Position numbers and translations under genes: made by a program. From the IMG/VR virus record IMGVR_UViG_3300042892_001971: DNA of 64,000 bases; one strand, written 5' to 3'. Below, piece after piece: positions 8,735 through 17,563 of this stretch (position 1 is the stretch's first letter; each line of letters starts with the position of its first letter). This DNA is from an uncultured virus (IMG/VR IMGVR_UViG_3300042892_001971). Lineage: Duplodnaviria > Heunggongvirae > Uroviricota > Caudoviricetes. The notes under the pieces were generated by a model. That model had not been told where the DNA came from. It did not search any database and saw nothing but the letters and a program-made list of their open reading frames with translations.

Positions 8735-9377
8735 ACATTATGGTTGGCACTTTCCCGACTTTGAAACACACTTTCCCAAAATGCTGAAAAAAAGCGTTGA
8801 CAAGGGACTTCCGCCTGAATACCAAATTGCTGTGCGCAACCGCAGTATTGGTCTGTGTTCCAAACGCAGAACTGCACTGGACATTGGTGCCAATGTGGGC
8901 TTATGGAGTCGAGACTTGGTAGATAATTTTGCCAAGGTTGTTGCGTTTGAACCTGTGGCTGTGTTTAGAGAGTGTTTGGAAAAGAATGTGAGTGGCCCTA
9001 ACTTTTTTATTAGTCCACTGGCACTAGGCGACCACGACACTCAAGCCACCATGATCATCACAGAAGGCAATAGTGGGCACAGTCACTTGGATCCTGATAC
9101 CCTGGGCACCGGCGATGTGCAAGTGGTAAAACTTGATAACTTAAACATGGAAGATGTAGACTATATAAAGATAGACTGCGAAGGCTATGAATATCGTGTG
9201 TTGCAAGGTGCAGAACAAACTGTGAAACGTTGTAGGCCTATCATGGTGATAGAACAAAAGCCACATGATGCCTACAGCAAAGACTATGGACAATTTGCTG
9301 CCATAGCACTGCTGGAATCATGGGGTATGATCAAACTAGATCAAATTAGAGATGACTGGATCATGGGATGGATGTAA
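8727..9377 (+). CDS. FkbM-family methyltransferase
   Basis: LDIGANVG, VAFEP and IKIDCEGYEYRVLQGA motifs. AGGAG Shine-Dalgarno supports a start near 8727. Confidence 0.9.
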   Translation: MHEHYGWHFPDFETHFPKMLKKSVDKGLPPEYQIAVRNRSIGLCSKRRTALDIGANVGLWSRDLVDNFAKVVAFEPVAVFRECLEKNVSGPNFFISPLALGDHDTQATMIITEGNSGHSHLDPDTLGTGDVQVVKLDNLNMEDVDYIKIDCEGYEYRVLQGAEQTVKRCRPIMVIEQKPHDAYSKDYGQFAAIALLESWGMIKLDQIRDDWIMGWM

Positions 9378-10003
9378 ACATGGTCGATGATCCAGATAAG
9401 AGTGCCAACGACTCTGTGCAATGGGATCGCAAATGGACTACCGAAAAGTATCAAGCTAAACGACGAGCAAATTTTGAAACTGTCGATGCATACCTAAATC
9501 AGCCTGTGGGTCGATTGCTAGACATCGGTTGTGGTTTTGCTTGGGAGTCAAGATGGTTCAATGAAAAGTATGGCACTGAACTTTGGTTACTGGATGGAGA
9601 TGCTAGTACTAATGCTACCAAATCTGAAACTGCCAGTTATGGTAACTGGAATACAGATTCCGACCAATTAAAATTTTATCACACATTTGATTTTTTAAAT
9701 TCGAAATTACAAGAATTAGGTACAAAAAATTACCGCCTAATAGATGCAAACAATATCAATATACCCGGCGATGTTAAGTTTGATGTTATTACATCATGGC
9801 TCAGTTGCGGACATCACTATCCTGTAAAAACCTACATAGACTTGATGAAAAAACATTCACATGAAAACACTAGAATAATTTTAGACATTAGATGCAAGGG
9901 CACAGCCACAAACTACATTGGTGTAGATGGATTTGAAGTTGTGAATGTTGTGAGTAACGCAGGTGGCAAGAAACGAGCTAGTGTGGAAATAAAGTTGTTA
10001 TGA
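9368..10003 (+). CDS. Class I SAM methyltransferase
   Basis: LLDIGCG motif I, LLDG, FDVITSWLSCGHHYP. Confidence 0.8.
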   Translation: MDVNMVDDPDKSANDSVQWDRKWTTEKYQAKRRANFETVDAYLNQPVGRLLDIGCGFAWESRWFNEKYGTELWLLDGDASTNATKSETASYGNWNTDSDQLKFYHTFDFLNSKLQELGTKNYRLIDANNINIPGDVKFDVITSWLSCGHHYPVKTYIDLMKKHSHENTRIILDIRCKGTATNYIGVDGFEVVNVVSNAGGKKRASVEIKLL

Positions 10004-10080
10004 ACCCCTATTACTTAGAATCCGTAATAACAAGGCACAGAGTTCCAAAAACAACATACGTAGAGGTAAATTACAAATGA
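10000..10080 (+). pseudogene. 26-codon mini-ORF or gene remnant bridging two methyltransferases
   Basis: MNPYYLESVITRHRVPKTTYVEVNYK with ATGA overlaps at both ends. Confidence 0.4.
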
Positions 10081-10640
10081 CCATAATCAATCCTGACTAT
10101 CAAAAACAACTGAACCGCATGCATGCCAAAGGCAAATTTAGAAACGGTCACAAAGCCTACAGAATTGTAGAGCAATTTCTTAAAGACTATCAACCCAGTA
10201 GTGTAATGGATTTTGGATGTGGCAAGGGTGCTTTAATTGCAGGCATTAAAGAACTGAACCCGGAAATTGTATCTGAAGGATATGATCCTGGCAATCCTGA
10301 ATTTGCAAAATTGCCCAAAAAAACATTTGACGCTGTTGTCAGCACTGACGCTTTGGAGCATGTTGAACCTGCTTACTTAGACGAAACATTGCGCATGATC
10401 AGCAGTAAAATGGGTCGCTGTGGATTTTTTAGAATTGCCTGCTATCCGGCCAAAAAGAAGTTACCCGACGGACGTAATGCACATTTGATTGTAGAATCAC
10501 CTGAATGGTGGCGCGAAAAACTAGAGACAGTTATGGGAGTTAGGATTGTCTGGGAAGAAATTAGCGTGTTTGACAAGTCCGATAAGTGGGACTGGGTCAC
10601 AGGCCATAACTATGATGTGATAGTGGAGATTGCAGATTGA
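10077..10640 (+). CDS. Class I SAM methyltransferase
   Basis: VMDFGCGKG, GYDPG and FDAVVSTDALEH motifs. Confidence 0.85.
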   Translation: MTIINPDYQKQLNRMHAKGKFRNGHKAYRIVEQFLKDYQPSSVMDFGCGKGALIAGIKELNPEIVSEGYDPGNPEFAKLPKKTFDAVVSTDALEHVEPAYLDETLRMISSKMGRCGFFRIACYPAKKKLPDGRNAHLIVESPEWWREKLETVMGVRIVWEEISVFDKSDKWDWVTGHNYDVIVEIAD

Positions 10641-11650
10641 TTAAGTTAATAGTGGTAGGCCGTCAAGGACCAAAAAGTGAAATTGACTCGTTTCGAACTT
10701 TGTCGTTTTCTTCTACTCCCCATCTTGTAGACATGCTCAAAGACTACATTGAGTTTGAAGATTTTGATGCAACTAAAACTTACGATCCAACTGATATTTT
10801 TTTAATAATGGCACAGTTATATCGTGATCCTGTTGTAAGAGAACAATTTAGTGACTGTAAAGTAATTGTTGATTTATGTAGAGAAGGCATGATGGCAGAC
10901 TGGGATCAAGTTTACTATTTGCTTGAACCTGGGCATGTGATCATGTACGGAAGTTATTCTGACGAGCCTGTGTCAAATGTTATATTTGTACCCAATTTTA
11001 TGTGGTATAATGAAAGCCTTGACAACATAATCAAAGGACGAGATAGCTATGTTCCGAATAGAAATTATTCCCGTAAGTTTCTCATGCCCATTGGCAGAAA
11101 AAATAAAATTCGTGATCAAGTGGTAGAATTTTTAGAATCTCAACTTGAAGATTCATATTGGAGTTATATACGACGTAACAAGGCCTTGCCCGGGGAGTCA
11201 GAATCTGTACCTGGTGCCAAACGATGGGATACTAGACATCAAAATCCCATGTGGTATGATGACACTTGTTTTAGTGTAGTAATTGAATCAGTGACTAGTT
11301 GGCAAGAAAAAATAGTGCCCATGCTGACTGAAAAAATATACAAGCCTATAGCATATCAACATCCTTTCATGGTCATTGGTGCAGCAGGCATTTTAAAATA
11401 TGCACGGTCCCAAGGATTTGAGACATTTGAAAATTTGTTTGATGAAAGTTACGACGAAGAAACTGTGCTTGAAGTAAAATTAGACATTATTTTGCGTAAC
11501 ATCAAAAACTTTGAAAAAATACCGTATAGCCAGTTGACCCAGCAAAAATTACAACACAACCACAAGTTGTTTTACAACAGATCAGTAATTCAACAAAGCA
11601 TGATAGATTCTATTGTGCGACCAATAGAAGAATTTATCAATTTGTCTTAG
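10637..11650 (+). CDS. Putative glycosyltransferase (GT10-like C-terminus)
   Basis: SVVIES...LTEKIYKPI...HPF...GFETF...DESYD. Resembles 18685..19689. Confidence 0.5.
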   Translation: MIKLIVVGRQGPKSEIDSFRTLSFSSTPHLVDMLKDYIEFEDFDATKTYDPTDIFLIMAQLYRDPVVREQFSDCKVIVDLCREGMMADWDQVYYLLEPGHVIMYGSYSDEPVSNVIFVPNFMWYNESLDNIIKGRDSYVPNRNYSRKFLMPIGRKNKIRDQVVEFLESQLEDSYWSYIRRNKALPGESESVPGAKRWDTRHQNPMWYDDTCFSVVIESVTSWQEKIVPMLTEKIYKPIAYQHPFMVIGAAGILKYARSQGFETFENLFDESYDEETVLEVKLDIILRNIKNFEKIPYSQLTQQKLQHNHKLFYNRSVIQQSMIDSIVRPIEEFINLS

Positions 11651-12566
11651 TAAGATAAGGCAAAAACTTCTGCCAGATTAGCCCAGCACGACCATCTGCG
11701 TCTGACCAGTGTGCGGCTGCTAGATCATTGATCCATTGTGATCTATCAAACGACTGAGGTGACTCAATGTTATCTAAGTTTTTGTTGGCCACTGCCCAAC
11801 TCACACAACTCTCATCATCAGCAAAAATTGGCACATTGGCCATGACCGCGGCCACGCTGGCTGAACTGTTGAAAAATACTGCGGCATGTGCATTTTGCAA
11901 ATTATCTACCAATTTGGATTGTGCTGGGTCTACTATGGTTATGTTCGGCAATGACTGAAATTTAGCAAAGTCTTCTAGCTTGTATGCACCTGGATGAGGC
12001 CTTACTAAAATATGTCTGCTAGAATGTACTCTAATGCGTTTTATCTTGATGCCTAACCAGTGTATGGGATCTAGCGTTTTCATAGCAAAGCCGCCATCAC
12101 GTTGCATGCATATCAATATATGTCCATTTGGGTGAACTGCTGGCGCATCATGTAATTTGATATTGAGTCTTGTGCTTATTTCCATCCACTTGTCATTGCT
12201 ACTATTGTGGTTGGCATATTCTGCTCGATCATAAAATGGACCACCAACACTATAACGCAAGTAGGTGCCATAATCATCTAGATATTTCCAGCAACTGGCA
12301 TCAATGCACATGGTGTGAAATTTACGGCGTTGTTGTTCAGCAATGATTTGTTTTCTTAACGCAATATTTCTACCACCTGTGTTGGTTGTGGCCCAGCCCA
12401 ACATTACTGCTAGCCTGCCTGGAACATAGTTGTAGTCATACTCTATTACCACGCTACCTCCACAGTGTTTGACTCCGGCAGCAAAACTTTCTAAACATTC
12501 AATTTTTCTAGAATGTTTTCGATAGTTAGCAACAGAGCTAACGTAGACTACTGCATCAATGGTCAT
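11637..12566 (-). CDS. Capsule-synthesis-like GT-B protein, paralog 3
   Basis: VRPHP and HAAVFFNSSASVAAVMANVP motifs. Confidence 0.65.
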   Translation of the reverse strand: MTIDAVVYVSSVANYRKHSRKIECLESFAAGVKHCGGSVVIEYDYNYVPGRLAVMLGWATTNTGGRNIALRKQIIAEQQRRKFHTMCIDASCWKYLDDYGTYLRYSVGGPFYDRAEYANHNSSNDKWMEISTRLNIKLHDAPAVHPNGHILICMQRDGGFAMKTLDPIHWLGIKIKRIRVHSSRHILVRPHPGAYKLEDFAKFQSLPNITIVDPAQSKLVDNLQNAHAAVFFNSSASVAAVMANVPIFADDESCVSWAVANKNLDNIESPQSFDRSQWINDLAAAHWSDADGRAGLIWQKFLPYLTKTN

Positions 12567-13581
12567 TTAGAATCCGCCAGGCAGTGCCGTCACGCATTTC
12601 TACTTCGGTAAACTGACAGTAGGCCATGTGCCTTGCCCAGTAAAGAACTTCATCTAGCGTGGGAATCTTTGGCGTTTCAATTTCACTAAGTGATTGGCTG
12701 CACAATGCGGCCGCGGCATTTGGTCCTAATGTGATAGCAGGCTTACCCAGCAACAATGCTTCGCCGGCTGCAATGCTAGAGAATGTGACTAAGCAATGCA
12801 CATCTTGTGCCAGAGCCATTTCCATAGTGTTGTCACTGAGTCTAGCTGCTCGTGTTGCTTTGAGTCGAGTCACTACAGGACGATCAGTATATTTTTTTAT
12901 TTCATCTTGTGTTTTTTCCAACCATTCTTCAAGGTTGATGTCGTACAAGTTTAAAAGTTTTTGACTAGGCGGTGCCAACAAGATATTGGTTCCAGGTTTA
13001 AATTTTGTCAATTGAACTTTAGTGCGAGCAAATCTATCACCGGGCCTCTCTATCATAGGACCAAAATTTTGCACATCGTTTTTGGTAATTCTGTGATACA
13101 GTTTGCGTTTGCCGTTGCCAAAGTACCCTGTATCCATGTAATAAAAATCTCTGCCGGCGGCACGACATCCATCCATTTGTTTGCGTTTGGTGATACCACG
13201 TATCACAGCCGGAGCCATGGTATCTTGTTGTTTTTCCCAAGTTGAAATTTGTCCGCCTGCGCCTTGAACAAAACTTTGCAGTAATGGATCGTACATATGC
13301 CCTTTTCTTTCGTATCTGTATTCACTGTCTAGTGCCACAACTTGATTGACAGGCACAGCAGCCAATTGTTCTTGTAACTTTTCCAACGTAATGCCGTAGT
13401 ACGCACCTTCGGGATCCACACGGTATTTCAATATGTTTTTAAACAGTTGTTGAATTTCTGGAACTGTTTGGTCCAACACATGTGGATCAGGTGGCGCAGG
13501 TGGTGCAGGAGGCGTGGGTGTAATATATGTTGTTTCGTCTTCGAGTTCCCAGTCTGTCATTCCGGCAACCTTTGTTGACAA
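12556..13581 (-). CDS. Capsule-synthesis-like GT-B protein, paralog 4 (Pro-rich N-terminus; start may be slightly downstream)
   Basis: YMDTGY, HCLVTFSSIAAGEALLLGKP and WARHMAYCQF motifs. Closest to 7934..8734. Confidence 0.65.
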   Translation of the reverse strand: MSTKVAGMTDWELEDETTYITPTPPAPPAPPDPHVLDQTVPEIQQLFKNILKYRVDPEGAYYGITLEKLQEQLAAVPVNQVVALDSEYRYERKGHMYDPLLQSFVQGAGGQISTWEKQQDTMAPAVIRGITKRKQMDGCRAAGRDFYYMDTGYFGNGKRKLYHRITKNDVQNFGPMIERPGDRFARTKVQLTKFKPGTNILLAPPSQKLLNLYDINLEEWLEKTQDEIKKYTDRPVVTRLKATRAARLSDNTMEMALAQDVHCLVTFSSIAAGEALLLGKPAITLGPNAAAALCSQSLSEIETPKIPTLDEVLYWARHMAYCQFTEVEMRDGTAWRILNDH

Positions 13582-14243
13582 TAATCAGTGAGCATGCGTT
13601 CCCGATGCCACTCGTTGCCTTGTGGCGTATCAGCAAACTCGTGAAAGCATGGAGTGCCCAAGGTATAGTGTAAGAGCTTGGCGTCGGGGTTTGGCCCGTA
13701 TTCATCAGGCAACCAATTCCATTCTGGCGGTAGTTCGCCTATGCGTTTGTCTTCTAGCCACGAGAAGCGATGTAGTTCAGCACCTGTGGCTTTTTGCACA
13801 AATTCAGATGTGAGTTTTCTATTGGGATGACTGTTACAATTCCACAGTATCACACTTGACCAGTTCTTGCGTGGATAGTCTTCGTTCTTTGCGCCAAGAT
13901 ATTTTTCAGTCATACGTGTTTTGTAATCGTGCTTGACTACCATAACATCTTTGTCATATTCTCGTAGGTTCCAAAGTTCCGCAATATCTCCGCGTACAAT
14001 CATGTCGCCGTCAATGAATATTGCCCAGCCTTCGTATTGCATGAGATGTGGCACAAGGAATCGTGTGTAGATAAAATGATTGCTGCCGTCTGTGTGTGTT
14101 TCGCTATAGTCTCGAAACAAGTTCAATGCCACTGGCACAATGGCCACTGGTTGACTGCTGTTGCGAATGATTGAATTTACACAGGTATGGTATGCAATTG
14201 CTTCTCGTGGGTCATACCCTACAAAAATTGGAATTGGTTTCAT
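13557..14243 (-). CDS. GT8/CDI-like glycosyltransferase
   Basis: IFVGYDPRE, FIYTRFLVP, FIDGD (DxD), YPRKNWSS, LHRFSWL and LHYTLGTP motifs. Confidence 0.8.
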   Translation of the reverse strand: MKPIPIFVGYDPREAIAYHTCVNSIIRNSSQPVAIVPVALNLFRDYSETHTDGSNHFIYTRFLVPHLMQYEGWAIFIDGDMIVRGDIAELWNLREYDKDVMVVKHDYKTRMTEKYLGAKNEDYPRKNWSSVILWNCNSHPNRKLTSEFVQKATGAELHRFSWLEDKRIGELPPEWNWLPDEYGPNPDAKLLHYTLGTPCFHEFADTPQGNEWHRERMLTDYCQQRLPE

Positions 14244-15001
14244 TTGCGTTCAATGTCCTCTTCCACACAATCTTCTCCAAACTGTATTTCAATCAGTTTG
14301 AGTGGACGGTCAGTTTCGTTACACAGTTGGTGCCATTCGTTACGATTGATCCAACATGACTCATGTATGGTCATGTGGTCTTTGACATCTCTATCTGTGC
14401 TGGAATCCAGTGTGTATACTGTGGCTTCGCCTTCGGCCACAAACCAAAACTCTGCTCGCTTGTCATGCCGTTGCATGCTCAAACAAGTTTTGGGAGTAAC
14501 AGTAAGTTCTTTTAGTTTGGTGTTGGCGCCAACTTCGTGTAACACACGATAGTATCCCCAAGCTCGATCTGTCTTGGGCTTTTTCCAGTCTTCGAGAATC
14601 CACGAACTGGAATTCTTTTTATCTTCGCCGCCTACGCCAAACACAAATTCTAAATTAGAATCTACCACATCCATCTCGGGAATGTTTTTGTCAGTGCGAT
14701 CACCGCCATTGGCAAATACCAACGTTGCGTCGGGATAGTGTGCTCTAACTTGACGTATGAACTCTTTGGCCGAGCCATCTGCATCGTCAAATGTATACAC
14801 TTCGTCTACCATGGCAAGATTGTTTATCACACACAATCTTTCCGTCCATGGCATGAATGGCCGACCTTTTTTACGTGTGAGCCATTCGTCTGAATTGAGT
14901 CCCACAATCAGCATGTCGCCTAGGGTACGGGCAGCTTTAAAATAAGCAACATGCCCAGAGTGTAGCGGATCAAACCCGCCTGTAACAAGTACGATTTTCA
15001 T
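14240..15001 (-). CDS. Cytidylyltransferase (HxGH) fused to a mannose-6-phosphate-isomerase-type cupin
   Basis: TGGFDPLHSGH, VGLNSD and FANGGDR, followed by RAWGYY and LSMQRH..RAEFW. Start MKIVLV after TAAATA. Confidence 0.85.
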   Translation of the reverse strand: MKIVLVTGGFDPLHSGHVAYFKAARTLGDMLIVGLNSDEWLTRKKGRPFMPWTERLCVINNLAMVDEVYTFDDADGSAKEFIRQVRAHYPDATLVFANGGDRTDKNIPEMDVVDSNLEFVFGVGGEDKKNSSSWILEDWKKPKTDRAWGYYRVLHEVGANTKLKELTVTPKTCLSMQRHDKRAEFWFVAEGEATVYTLDSSTDRDVKDHMTIHESCWINRNEWHQLCNETDRPLKLIEIQFGEDCVEEDIERK

Positions 15002-15009
15002 GCAGGTAT

Positions 15010-15462
15010 TTACACCTGGATGTCTTCCATGCCTGCAGTTCTTAGGCGTACAACGTGCCCCATTTGCCACTGTTTGGTATCTAGCCCCTTCATGATACCC
15101 AACCATCGATTGCGTAGATATGCCACTTCGTTGATTATGGTTTCGTAATCAATTACTTCATCTTCGCCATCCACATACTTTTCAGCATCTCGACTGGTAA
15201 GCGCACGAGCATAACCTTCTAGATACTTTTGAAAGTGTTTTCTACGGATTTTACGTAGTTGAATGTTGAGAAAGTTCAACACAGCTTCAATTTCTTGAAG
15301 CTGGTTGTACCTAAACTCAGTAATGCCCGGAAGTGCTGTTATGTTTTTTTCAACAATTCCAGCAATGCGGCAGTCTTTTTTGGCGTCAGTTATTTCACGC
15401 TCGTAGTGTGCTATAAAATCTGGAATAGCATCGAGATCGGCAACTACTCGACTATACCACAT
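15010..15462 (-). CDS. uvsY: UvsY-like recombination mediator
   Basis: FQKYLEGY.RALTSRDAEKYVDGEDEV motif; lies downstream of uvsX. Confidence 0.75.
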   Translation of the reverse strand: MWYSRVVADLDAIPDFIAHYEREITDAKKDCRIAGIVEKNITALPGITEFRYNQLQEIEAVLNFLNIQLRKIRRKHFQKYLEGYARALTSRDAEKYVDGEDEVIDYETIINEVAYLRNRWLGIMKGLDTKQWQMGHVVRLRTAGMEDIQV

Positions 15463-15728
15463 TAATTTTCCCAGTCGTCTTCGTTGTAATCCTCTTCTTC
15501 AGGATCCTCTTCTTCGTCGTCTTCTGTGTAGTCTTTGTCGTTGTCAAGATATGCTGTTAGTGCTCGTTTGATATCGGTGTCACCTTTGAATGCGGTCCGA
15601 ATATCCTCAACATCACTATCATTGTCCATTAAAACTTGTACCACAGTTTCTGCTGCCTCGTTGCGATCAACTGTGTTTACAAATCGCTTGAGCTCTCCCC
15701 AAATTTCTGCTGCAACTGTTTCACTCAT
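15462..15728 (-). CDS. Hypothetical protein with an acidic C-terminal tail
   Basis: 88 aa, translationally coupled between uvsX and uvsY. Confidence 0.75.
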   Translation of the reverse strand: MSETVAAEIWGELKRFVNTVDRNEAAETVVQVLMDNDSDVEDIRTAFKGDTDIKRALTAYLDNDKDYTEDDEEEDPEEEDYNEDDWEN

Positions 15729-16780
15729 TCTGCTTCCTCCTCGCCGGTACTTACCTCTTCCTTGATATTTCCAAAGTCTTTCATCACAGTGTCAAGACAG
15801 TTATCATCATTGCGTTCCCAACCTTTGCGGAACTTCTTGATGATTTCACCTTCGGTTGTGGTAAACACTAGACTGTTGCCTTCTTTCTTGAGCAGTCCTT
15901 TTTTCTCAATCAAATCAGTTAATCCTGAGTAAGGACTCATACCTGTTGTGTAAGGAATCTTGACTTGCACGCCTTCGAATGGTTTGGCATAGCGTGTTTT
16001 CATTACTTTGCAACCAGCACGGATGCCCATGACATCAGTAATCTTGTTGCCGTCCTCATCCTCTTTCAGTTTCATTTTCTTCATGGCCACAACAATTGAG
16101 CTGGCGTAAATGAAACCTTGACCGCCACTAATTTTGTCGTCTGGGTCAAACATATCCTGGCTTGCGTATGTGTGATTGGTACAAACCAAACCCACATTGT
16201 ATGAACCAAACATGTTCACACAGTTGCGCACCAAGGCGGTGAGAGCTTTGGGTTTACGTCCTAGATCACCCTTCATTTCGCCTGCATCAAACTGGTTCAC
16301 ATCAGTGGGCGTTAGCAACATACCCAATGAGTCAATCACAAACATGACCTTGGGACGCTCACCATCAGGCAAGGCCTTGTAGTCACTCATGAATGTGGAG
16401 ATAGTTTTAGCCACATCATCAATCATGGCCATACTCAGCTTGAGTAGTTTACTATCGCTTGTGTCAACTCCGAGTGCTTTGAGCCAATCTTCATCAAGAG
16501 CATTTTCACTGTCAATTAGCACCACAAAGATGCCTTGCTCTTGTGCGTTCTTCACAATGTTACCTGAACAGATATAACTTTTACCTGCACCCGAGTCGCC
16601 AGCAAACACAGTGACCTTGCCTAGTGGAATGCCACGGTTAAAGTCTCCTGAGATCAGGTAGTTCAAGGCATAGTTGCCTGTAGATATCCAGTCTGTAGGA
16701 TCGTTAAATCCAATACTAAGACCATCAATGCTCTTAGTGATTTCCTTGCGGAACTTGCTTACGTCAAATGGTTTTCCCAT
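15725..16780 (-). CDS. uvsX: UvsX RecA-like recombinase
   Basis: GDSGAGKS, IDSENA, VIDSLG, TNHTY and SGGQG motifs. Confidence 0.95.
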   Translation of the reverse strand: MGKPFDVSKFRKEITKSIDGLSIGFNDPTDWISTGNYALNYLISGDFNRGIPLGKVTVFAGDSGAGKSYICSGNIVKNAQEQGIFVVLIDSENALDEDWLKALGVDTSDSKLLKLSMAMIDDVAKTISTFMSDYKALPDGERPKVMFVIDSLGMLLTPTDVNQFDAGEMKGDLGRKPKALTALVRNCVNMFGSYNVGLVCTNHTYASQDMFDPDDKISGGQGFIYASSIVVAMKKMKLKEDEDGNKITDVMGIRAGCKVMKTRYAKPFEGVQVKIPYTTGMSPYSGLTDLIEKKGLLKKEGNSLVFTTTEGEIIKKFRKGWERNDDNCLDTVMKDFGNIKEEVSTGEEEAE

Positions 16781-16782
16781 GT

Positions 16783-17556
16783 TTATTCCTTTAGTATGCT
16801 TACTGTTTGTTTAACTTCTAAATTTCTTAACCAGATATTTTTAAGATCTAACACATTATCATAGTAGTTGTGAAAATTGCCAATTGGCAAACTATTACCC
16901 AGTGCAGGCAACTTACGCTGTTGACACCATGTTTGATATTCAGGTGGTGGTGTAACAGTATAAAATTTTTCTAACAAAATGTCAACCGCTCGTGTGGTTA
17001 CAATATTAAAATTATTTGTTTCACTATCTGGCTCACTGCCAACACACCATTGATTATAAGTATCACGTCCTAAATTATCATAGTGTATGCTTATTTGGTA
17101 CTTGTCTAGTGTCAGCATCTCTTCAACATCGTGTCTGCTAGGCACAAAAGTTTTGTACGTTTTGGACTCTAGTCGAACATATTTAAAATAAATTTCAACT
17201 TGATGAATCAGGTCATTGATCAAATTATAATCAATGCCGTTATGACTGCACAAATTTCCTAAATTAGGATGTTCGGAAATTTTTGAAACCCATTGTTTAT
17301 GTAACAAATTAAAGTATGACTGATCTATTGACTTTTGTACTGTAAACTTTACAATTTTAACACGGTCTAAAAATTGGTTAATGATATCCAACGCAGATAG
17401 TAGATTGTCCAGTACTTGATGAATCTTTGCATAATACATCGTTGCAGTGAACAAACTAGCATCCGTGGTTACTGAATCGATCCATGTTTGAACAATTTTG
17501 TTTTTACATGGATCGATTAGCAATGTGTCACCAGTTTGATTAAAAACCAGTTTCAT
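16783..17556 (-). CDS. Hypothetical protein between gp32 and uvsX; distant paralog of 1283..2140
   Basis: 257 aa, AT-rich. Motifs FNLLH, INDLIHQVE, YDNLGR and LPIGN. Confidence 0.75.
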   Translation of the reverse strand: MKLVFNQTGDTLLIDPCKNKIVQTWIDSVTTDASLFTATMYYAKIHQVLDNLLSALDIINQFLDRVKIVKFTVQKSIDQSYFNLLHKQWVSKISEHPNLGNLCSHNGIDYNLINDLIHQVEIYFKYVRLESKTYKTFVPSRHDVEEMLTLDKYQISIHYDNLGRDTYNQWCVGSEPDSETNNFNIVTTRAVDILLEKFYTVTPPPEYQTWCQQRKLPALGNSLPIGNFHNYYDNVLDLKNIWLRNLEVKQTVSILKE

Positions 17557-17563
17557 TCCTGGC

